A stretch of 59,371 bases of DNA, the filler included, from Jimgerdemannia flammicorona (lineage: Eukaryota): the NCBI GenBank assembly GCA_003990765.1. It is 3 parts of 3 records of this genome, joined end to end, with 100 filler letters (N's around TTAATTAATTAA, not from the genome) between each part and the next. Parts side by side here need not be neighbours in the genome. Positions count along the whole stretch, not along the records: positions 39,655 to 59,371 come from RBNJ01001866.1; 2 more parts are not named here. One strand, given 5' to 3'. This document shows, piece by piece, positions 49,301 to 59,371 of the stretch. The stretch's first letter is position 1; each line of letters starts with the position of its first letter. Under the pieces are notes generated by a model that was not told the origin of the DNA, ran no database searches, and saw only the letters and a list, made by a program, of their open reading frames with translations. The position numbers and the translations under genes were made by a program.

Positions 49301-52300
49301 CTCAATAGAGAAAATAACTGACATCAAGATGGAGCCATCAAAGCCAACTAGTATTATATCCACCACAGTTATATACAGACAACTATCCCCACCTACCCCC
49401 AAGGTAGCCAAAGCTGATCCAGTGGAGGAACTTGCCAAGTAGTTTGCTGAGATGACTGTACATCTTGGTGATATTGTTAGAGAAGTCTGAAGTACCAATA
49501 GGAGACCAGTATAGAGATTTGCAGCTGTTACAGAAGAATGCAATATCACATACTTCAGATATAGAGAAGAAGGCCACTATGCAAAGAGTTGTATGATTGA
49601 AACAAGATGCAAAGCCCAACCAAGCAATACTATCAGAACCAGAGAATAAACCAATGCAGTAGTCATCAAGGAGATTGGTGATACCAATGATAAAGAATAC
49701 TACAAAGAGTCTGAATTCTACCCTATTACTGAAGGTACCAGAACCCAGTCCAAGCTCTATGATAAGAAGAGCAACAGCAAGCCAGTTGAAAGACCAAAGA
49801 AGACCCCAGCTATTACTATTCAAAGCAAGACCCAATCCAAGGAGATTGATCAAGACATAGAGTTAGATGAAGCTATCTGCCAAATTATTGAAGGCACTAC
49901 TCCAGTCTCAGGAGAAAGTGAAAGCAAGAAAGAACAGAAGCTGCACAAGACCAAGATCCACTAGTATGATATCTACAAGGACCTTAAGGAACAGAAGATC
50001 AATGCTACTTTTGGACAGCTAGCTGAAGTCTCTGCCTTCAGATAGCAGTTAAGAGTAAAACTTGCAACCACTGTCGAGAACCAAGTGTACAAGATCATAA
50101 AAGCTCACAATGTACAAGAGATGATCAAGAAGACTCAGGCAAAGAATCTGAAGATCAGTACAAGACATCAGCCTATACTCCATGTCAGATTGAAGATTAT
50201 ATCTTTGATGCTATCATTGATACTAATGCTGGAGAATGCCTTATGAGCAAGAAGGCAATTGACCACCTAGGCTGGGATATTGAAGAATCTACCAAGATGG
50301 TCTATATCACAGCAGATGATATATAAGCTACCCCCCTTGGCAAGATCTGAGAAGTCTCCATCAAGAAAGAAGAGCTACCATCCCAGTAGACATAATTTTT
50401 ACAAGCACCACCAACTATGACATGCTCATTGGCAACTAAGGCCAAGGCTATCATTGATCTCAATACCCAGAAGATGCAGATCAACTATAGAGAAAGAAAG
50501 ATATGAGTCTCTATCAATGTCTACAAAGGAGTACTACCAGACATGGAGAAAGAAGATGAAGAGGACACAGAAGTCTTCATACACTTAGTGTACAAGAACA
50601 AGAGCAAGACACCCAAGCTTACAGGTGAGCAATGATATAACAAGATCATCAATGGCTATATATCTCAAGAAAGATGCCCCCATGATACTAGGATGTACTA
50701 CTCCAAACACCTGAATAACTACCAGTTCTGTATCAGTGAAGTCAGGAAAATCCATCAACAAAAGTATGAGCAAGAAGCTGCTGAAGCAAAGAAGAAAGCT
50801 GAAGAAGATGACTGGCCCCCAGAGCTTCAAGCTGACAGCAATAATGAGGAGAAATAAGAACCAGACATCACTCTCAAGGTCAAGAAGTTCTACCCCAAAG
50901 CCAAGATCTCAGAATATAAAACTGAAGAAGTCATAGGAATAGACCTTGCCAGCATCCAAGATGCTATCCTTGAACCATAGACTACCACTCTACTGGCACT
51001 AGAATTGGACTCAAGTTGTCAGAAAACTATACCAGAATTATCAAGACCAGGAGCAATCTGGCCAAAAGTGAAATCTCAGTTGAAGGAGGAGTAATTGACC
51101 CTGATTACACTGGTGAGATCTTCCTCATAGTCAGGAATCATAACCCCACCACCTCATTCAAAGTCAAGAAGCATGACAGGATTGGCCAGATGCTGATCCA
51201 TGAAGTCAAGAAGCCCAAGATAACTGAAGCCATTAAACTCATCAAGACCAAGAGAGGAGAACAAGACTTCAGATCTACTGGAAGAGGAGCTTATGCTGCT
51301 ACCAAGATTACTGAACTCAAGCACAAGAAAGACAAGGACCAGAATAAGCACACATATACCATTGGAAAAAACTTTTCTCTGGAAGAATAACTTCTCAAGA
51401 TTCTGTATCAGAATGAAGGAGTACTTACCACAGACTTTAGAGATATCTACAATCAAGAACTCAAGTACTATCATGAAGTTGATACCAGTAATACTAAGCT
51501 CATCTATCAGAAAGCCAGACCTATACCACCTGCCTATAGTGAATGACTATGAGCAGAACTCAAGGAAATGGAAGAAGCTGGAATCATCAAGCAAGCTATC
51601 AGTCCCTGGGCTTTACCTATTGTCCTTACCCCAAAGAAAGGAAGCAAGTCTAGAGAGTTTGCCCCAAGACTCTGCATTGATTACAGAAAGCTCAATACAT
51701 TCACTAAGAAGGATAGACAGCTCTTGCCAAATATTTAAGAAATTCTTATCACTCTTAGAAGTGAAGTCAAATATTACATCACCTTGGATCTATTCTCAGG
51801 CTTCCATCAGATTGGTCTCACTCAAGATGCTAGTGAGAAATAAGCCTTCTTCATACCTGATGCCAATGTCTATCTATGAATGCCATTTAGAATATATAAT
51901 ACCTCAGCAAGTTTTTAGCAAATGATGAATAGCAATTAGATTGGAAAATGGCTCTTTGTCTATGTTGATGATGTGATCATCTTCAGCAAAACTGTATGGG
52001 AACATGTCAACCACATACAGCTAGCTCTCAAGAAGCTCAAGGAGTATGACCTCTATATCAAGTTCAAGAAGTGTAAGTTTGCAGCTTAAGAAATTGCCTA
52101 CCTAGGACACATCATCAACCAGACTAGAATTCACACAGACTCCATGAAGATTGAGACTGTTGTAGCCTACCCAAGACCCAGAACAATCACAGAAGTCCAT
52201 GCCTTCCTTGGACGGGCCTCCTACTACAGAAGATTTATCAAAGAATACTCCAATATTGCAGCACCTATCTACAAGCTACTGAAGGAGACCAAATTTGAAT

Positions 52301-55300
52301 GGACCAAGGAATGGTAAGAAACCTTCAATGAACTCAAGACTAGGTTGACCTAAGCACCTATTCTCAGAAGACCAGATTGGAACCTATAGTTCATTCTGCA
52401 AACAGATACAAATACTATAGGACTTGGAGCAGTCTTAGCTCAGAAGAAAGATGGACATGAATATGTTATCTTCTATATAAGCCAAGGTATCTGCAGAGTA
52501 GAACAGAACTATGAGTTATGCAAGCTAGAATGCTTAGTAGTAGTTTGGGCAGTAGATAAGTTCCACTACTATCTAGTAGAAAACACTTCACTATTCAAAC
52601 AGACCATTCTGCTCTTACCTAGCTATTCCACACTCTGAACCCCAAAGAAATATATGCCAGATGGATCTACAGACTGCAAGAGTATGACTGTACTGTCAAA
52701 CACTACTCAGGAAGAACTAATACCAATGCTGATACACTCTCAAGAATATCCCGAAACACCTCCATCAAGACTATTCAACATAAATAAAGAGCTATACTAT
52801 GGATTAATTAGCTATCTTAGACAGCAGAAGATACTCAACCACCTTGAACCCTGGACTATCACCATCATTAACTGGACTTAGAAACAATTTGAACTAGACA
52901 ACACCATACTCAGAAAAGGAGAAAAGCTCATAATACCTGAACACAAGAAGTGTGCAATGAAGAAAGTACATGAACAACACCTAATGGAACCAATATATAT
53001 AATAAGACAAGAAGAACTATGTAGTGGCCTAAGATAGAAGAAGACCTGTGCCAATTTGTCAAAGGGTGTGACAAGTGCCAAAAACAGAATTAAGATCAGC
53101 AAGACCAGGCATCTGGGTTATCAAGAATTGAGCCTATCCTCTTCCACCACATCACAATATATATCATTGGACCACTATCAGTAACACTATTCAGAAACTA
53201 CTATATTATAGTTATTATTGACCTCTTTACTAAATAGATAGAAGCAGGAGCATTACAAGAAGCCAATGCTCTCTCTATAGCTGACTTCCTGTACCAAGAA
53301 ATCATCTGCCACTACAAGACATTAAGGCAAATCACCACAGACTATAGCACAGAATTTGTCAATAGATTCCATGAAATAATGTATCAGAAATACAAGATTT
53401 AGCATATCAAGACCACCACATACCATTCTCAAGGAAATGAACAGACAGAAAGAATCAACAAGACTCTCAAGAACATCCTGGTGAAGATCTCAGACATATA
53501 TTAGAATTGGGATAACTACCTCCCAACTGCTCTCTCTGTCTTATAAGATATATAATCACAGAGTACACACTTTACCCCAAGAGAACTGCTCTTCAGAGAA
53601 GAAGATTCTGATGGAATCTTAGCTACAAAGCTAGACCTAACATAGAGACAGATTGACTCAGAAATCCAGAGACTACACCAAATCAGAAAGAAGGCTGAAG
53701 ATTATATCATTAAGTCACAAGTGCTGATAAGAAAGAATGCAGAAAAGAATTACAAGACCCTAAAACCCCTCCAAATTGGAGAAAAGATTCTACTGTATCA
53801 AAATATGGTAGAAGTCTCATAGTTATGAAAACTGGAGCTCAAATAGGAAAGACCCTTCGATATGCAAGATATCAAGAGAGCTACCTTTGGGCTTAGAAAA
53901 CTCTTAGAAACCATACTGCCTACTATGGTATACAGAAACAGACTCAAGAAGTACCACAAATCTATATAAGAAAAGCAAAACATAATGACTGCCTATGAGA
54001 TTCTAGTTCATGAATCATAACAGCATGTCCTGTGATCAGCAGATAATCTGTCTAGACCATTCTCTAAGGAATACAGTACTAGTAACTACTCATCCATGAG
54101 ACTTTCGAAACCAGAGGAATTCAAACTGTCAACTGATTGGTCAAGATCAGAATCAGGCCCTTACTCTATATGAAGAGAGAAACCCTTCACCATCATGCCA
54201 AAATACATAGGAAAGATATCAGCCCATAAATACTACTTTTTGACCCCCTACTAGAGGTTATGAGATTAGCAAATTTTTCAGACTGGACCAATGAATAAGA
54301 ACATTCAAAAGAAGATCCTTATTCAGAAGGAAGATATAATAGTGACCTCAGAATGATGACATCAGCATAGGAGACAGTCTTTCCTTACAAGCCATCAGAT
54401 TGGAGCACAAAAAGATCATATAGCATGCCTCACCCAGGCTATAAGATGAGCAATAATGACCAACTGTAAGTCATTGTGACCACAAGACAGACATCTTGAG
54501 AAATATAAAAGAAGGATCAAGAAACTGCAGTAGCAGTAACTCAAACAAGGCTTACAGAAATAGTTCAAAAAACTTACCATAAACAAAATGTCTGCCACTT
54601 ACCAAACCTCAAGGTCCAGGAACCACCAAGGTCCCTCAGTCTAGGAAATGATATTCTAAGACATCAGAAGAGCTATAAGAACCTATACAAGAAGGACTCC
54701 TAGTCTCAACCTAGGTACTGGTGATCCTTATCATTATATTCTCTGCTGCTATGAAATAGAAACAAGGATCACTATTGCTACTGAATGCCTCTGGATATGA
54801 TAGGAATATGAAATAGGAAACCTTCTCTACTGGGAATTTCCTCAGGCCAGTCACTAAGAAATACAAGATGCCACCTCTATGGATATATATAAAATAAGGA
54901 TAGCTAAGAAGATTCATCAGGTCTTCAGGAACACACCATAGTCAATCCCCAACTTGGAGTACACTAGAATCTCAGACTTCAAAAAACTATTAGCCTACTA
55001 TATCAATATACTAGAGGCCATGGTGGCCACAGAAGTTCAGTCAACTATTACACTCAATAGTGATGAGATAGAAGAGTTCTGGAATCCCATCCTCAAGAAC
55101 AATCCTGATCAATTCCTGCAAGGATTGATCTCAGCATTCTAAGGCCCCAGCATCTGAGTTAGACCTCTCTAAGACCCCACATTTGTTCCTTATTTTGTGG
55201 AAGAGAATGTCATAGATTGGAGAGCCCCAGATCTCCTTGTTCTCTCCACTACTGCCAAATATGATGATGTTATCCCCAATGACATCATTGACAATAATGT

Positions 55301-55934
55301 TATTCCATGCAATATACACAAAACATATGAAACAGATGAAGCATTTGTAGATCTCATCTCCTTTAAAGACATCCTGTTCCCAACCTCTAGCCTTGATAAT
55401 ATTGATGAAGATGAAGCCTCCATAGTCCTGAACTTTCTACTCTAAGTTCTTGGTGACACTGAATTCTACCAGCATCCTTTTCTATATAACTGTTATTCTT
55501 CTGATATTCTGAAATTCTTCTGATATCCTTTTCCTATACCATCGAAATTCTACTAGCATCCTGAACTTATACAACTACTTGTACAGATACTTGAATTTGT
55601 ACTTACAGTCATAGTTTTCTATATTCCAGTATTTTATATAGTTATTGAAATTTATATTTAGCTTTATAACTTTGCAACCATTGAATTATATTTTATATAA
55701 ATACTTCTCTTATTTCCTTTAAAATAAAGTTAGTTCCAGTTCACTTATACTCAATTTTACATAAGCAATCTAAGAGATAATAAGACAGTTTAAAGATAAG
55801 AAGTTTGAGGACTATAAGATCTTAAGAAGATACTTCAATAAGAACTTACTTATAACAAACTTGTAATTAGTCTAAGAGATATACCTTGAAGAGGATCTGA
55901 TATATTTGAAGGACTCAGTGACCACTACATGACA
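46317..55934 (+). mobile_element. Full-length Ty3/gypsy element, family A copy 2, more decayed
   Basis: LTRs 46317-48669 and 54335-55934, TSD CTAT/CTAT. gag-pol at ~48790-54020 is collinear with copy 1, including dUTPase (GVIDPDYTGEI) and YVDD. Confidence 0.94.
47504..48253 (+). mobile_element. 750-bp insertion in the 5' LTR with a 16-bp target duplication, probable LINE fragment
   Basis: Absent from the sister LTR. Flanked by TCTGGTATCCTTTTCC at 47488-47503 and 48254-48269. C-rich decayed coding-like strand. Confidence 0.7.
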
Positions 55935-58065
55935 CTATATAGTTGTCTCAATCTTGTAATTTGTCTCTATTGTATCAGATATATAATATTTAGGAGCTCA
56001 ACTAGGAAGATTTTTGAAATCTATATGACTTTTTAGTTCATAAAAACCTAATAGTCAAACTGAATATATTTGATACAGTACTTATCTTTACTATTACAAG
56101 AGAATAAATCAATAATCAGAAGGATCTCAATAGAACCAGTATAGTACAAAATCCTCTAATACTACTAGCTTAGTTACTAAGGCTATAGCTTGTAAATATG
56201 TATATCAGAAGTATTAGCAGACTTACTAACAAGAGACCTAACTCAGTCAGACTAATCAAATAATATAAACAACTTATCTGAGACTTTGACAAACTTATAT
56301 AAGAACTTGAAGACCACATTGCCTGGTTTTGATTCTCTCTAGAAGTCTCACCTATCTTACCACTATCAGGATTAGCAGATCTATCAAGCCAAGTACTCTC
56401 AAGAATACTAAGAAGAGTACTAGTGTTTCAAAGACTGAATGTCCTCTTTTTAACTCCTAGCAGCTCAACCAGACTCAGTATACTTACAGAAATAATAACT
56501 GAAACAGATTTAGAAACTGAGAAAGAATCAGAAAATAGTAACAGTACTACTACCTATATTTGCAAAATATCTATAAGAAGATCCAAGAGAATTTCTAGAT
56601 ATCCTTAGAGGATTTATAGCTCTGAAAGACCTTACTCCAAGAAGACCAATTGTAGTTTTCAAAGTACAATTGAGAGAACTAACTAAAGAAATCTTCACCA
56701 GAATATTAAGTGACCTAAACTCTGATCTAGGACAGGTTATAGCTGATATAAACTACTATTAGACTAGTATAAAGCCATATCTCACTGGCTTATTAAGAAG
56801 TATATAGGAACAGAAACTTATCATAAAGCCCAAGAATCTATTACATATGTATATAAAGATGAATCTTCAAAAATCCTTACAAGTATTCTTCACAAGAATT
56901 CAGAAAACAATACATGCTACTGATTTCAGTTCTACTAATTAAGAAACTATTAATCTAATAATCTTTATAAATGAAAATCTCTCTCAATATTACCCAGTAT
57001 ATCTGCACTCTTGATATTAAGAGATCTGATAAACAAGTAGATATAGTCAACAAATACTTTAATGTCAAGCAAAGAACTACTTAAAATAATAATAAGAATG
57101 AAGACAAGGAGGACCTCTTGGTCAAGACCCTCTAAAGAATCCTCCAAGAATATCCAAGAGAGATGAGATCTATAAAGAAATAGAAGAAGAACAAGAATGA
57201 AATCCAATACCTCAGATCTAAACTAGACTGACTAATTGGACAAATTAAAAAACTCATTATATATAAAAATTAGAACTACCTATAAGACAACAGAGGGTAT
57301 ATATTATAAAGAAACCAAGACTACTTATCTAGAGAAATCAGGAGTTATCTACTATGAGAAGAAATTAACTATCTACTCTAGAACAAAATTCAGATTCAAT
57401 GTTTTAACTATAGATAGTTCAGATACTATACTACAGAATATAATAATAGAAGAAGTAACCAAAGAGACTTAGAACTACTAAATCAAAAGAATATAATCTA
57501 GTACAAAAGACTAAAGCCCACTTTATAGAAAACTATAAGAAAAGTAATAGTAAAGACTATAGTAATCTAGACTTATATTTAACTAAGGTTATTTATAAAA
57601 AAAAAAAAACAGTCTACTCTATAGAGAAAAGGAAGACAAATAAAGACAGACCAGTCAGAACATCAAAAAGAAGAATTATTCAAGCAGAAAAAGCTAAAGA
57701 TCAGATTGATACACTCTCTTACTCTTCTTTGTCATTCATTTCTTAAGCTGATGAACTACTATCAAAATCTGAAGATGAAGAATTAAAGTAGAAAGAATAA
57801 GAGCCAATAATCTTAAAATCTAAGAAGAAGGATACCCCAAAGACTATACTCTGAAATATCTATAATAAAGTCTAAAAAAAGATTGAAGAAGTCAAAATAG
57901 AAGTCCCTCTCTTATAATTCTTATAATCAATACTTATTAGAGTTCAAAATAAATTATTAAGAGCTACAATATCCAGCACCAACTATATAAGTTCTAATTC
58001 CATAATAAGAATCTGTACCAACTACTATTCAGACTGCTGAAAGATATATCAGTATATCTATATAG
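55935..58065 (+). mobile_element. Decayed gypsy relic, second family D gag region
   Basis: ~56390-58060 aligns by eye with 40900-41500 plus 43934-44940. Confidence 0.6.
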
Positions 58066-58184
58066 TGTAACAGTGACCCCAGAATAATGACATCAGCATA
58101 GGAGATAGCCTTTCCTTACAAGCCACCAGATTGAAGTACAAGGAGATCATATGACATACAAGATGAGCAATGATGACTAACTGT
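58066..58184 (+). repeat. 5' part of another family A LTR, interrupted by an insertion
   Basis: TGTAACAGTGACCCCAGAA... matches the LTR A start up to AACTGT. Confidence 0.88.
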
Positions 58185-59371
58185 CAGCTCCTTTCTCTGC
58201 TACCTTACCAGTTACAAGGTTTGGTAGGCAACCTTCTGAGTCCCTTTCCCCTATTATTACTCCCTCTACCTTGGGTTAGTTTGCTGTGCCTGCATGGGCA
58301 TAGCAGGAGGAGGGCAATAGTGATGAGTTGCCCCTTTATTGGTATCAGATCAGTGTCTTCTCCACTTTTTCGCAGTTTCTGGTGCCTTCGGCTGTATCTG
58401 GAGTGTATCCGTTTTGGTGCAGCATCTTCTTCCTTTTGCCATTGTCAACAAGGTGCTGTCTTTGTGTGTCTCGGGCTATATAGGGAGTCGGCCAACCTTG
58501 GGCATCAAGTGCTCAGTGTAGGTTACCTACAGGTCCTTGGTGCCTGTGGTGGGGCTCTCTAGCTTTGGCAAGCTTCCCGGTGAGCACAATTCTGGTGTAG
58601 GTGACAGTTTTTTGGGTGTTGTTGGGATGGGAGGGGAGATGGCCATCACAGATAGGAGGATGGGGTGATAATGGTGAACCAGTGGGGTGCCAGGCTGGGG
58701 GCAGTCATTAGGGCTGGGGCAGACAATATTTCGGTAGGGCCTTTTGATTGGCTGGTGGAGGGTGGGGTAGTGCAGGGGCCAGCATCCTGGCTGTACCCAA
58801 CTGGAACTGGGAGCTGACGTGGCAATGTAATAAGGCCTGCAGGTTTGGGGAGTGGGACCTTCCTCATTTGGCTATACCCAACTGGAACTGGGAGCTGACA
58901 CGGCAACGTGATTGAGGCCCACAGGCTCGAGGAGTGGGAGTGGGGTCTTTTCTGGCCCTAGCCCATATATAAGTCCTTTGTGGAAGGTTCTGCATATAAG
59001 TTCTTTACTCACTCACTTTGAATTTACTCTGCTTTCTGTTGGTTGGTTGGGGGGTTTTTTCTTTGCCTCAGGCTTTCTTTTGGGGTCTGGGGGGCTATTC
59101 TTTATTCAGTCCCAGTGCTGCTAGATCTGACGCGTAGGTGTGCTCTTGCATGTAAATGATGATCCAGCCCTGGTGAGCAGACAAGTCTAGTCTATATTGT
59201 GGAGGTCAACATAGCCAGTGTTTGACAGGCATAGCTGGAGCGGTGGGACTGCTAGACAATTTAGTAGCCTAGGTTAATGGGGGGATATTGTTCAGTGGGT
59301 GGTGGGGGAGGGTTTTGGCCTATATAGTCTAGGTTTCCTTCCAATAAAAATCTGTTGGACTATGAGTCCAT
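58185..59371 (+). mobile_element. ~1.2-kb non-autonomous element, copy 2
   Basis: Homologous to 39655-40842 at both ends. AATAAAA near 59343; runs to the window end. Confidence 0.65.

Overview
Eukaryotic, intron-containing fungal DNA; the gene and transposon style suggests an early-diverging (Mucoromycota-like) fungus, which is an inference. Bases 1-18.4 kb are gene-dense and CpG-rich. They hold a partial membrane-anchored P-loop ATPase (-), a nucleolin-like NSR1/gar2, ERG6, SEM1/DSS1 and a ~2811-aa sacsin-repeat/BTB protein (-). From ~18.7 kb to the end is a nested transposon cluster with strong C->T/G->A decay and two 100-bp assembly spacers. It contains two full-length dUTPase-bearing Ty3/gypsy elements (family A, 24123-32957 and 46317-55934), solo or partial LTRs of family A and of a second family B, older gypsy relics, a LINE-like fragment and a 1.2-kb poly(A)-tailed element. 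Main result: the unusually long LTRs of families A and B carry, in U3, homologous ~280-330-aa ORFs of no family I recognise. Each ORF is followed by a family-specific tandem array and a shared TATA/AATAAA module. A third, tandemly duplicated, decayed homolog lies at 21553-24040. Together these suggest an undescribed LTR-borne accessory gene plus cis-array system. All alignments were made by eye; no searches were run.
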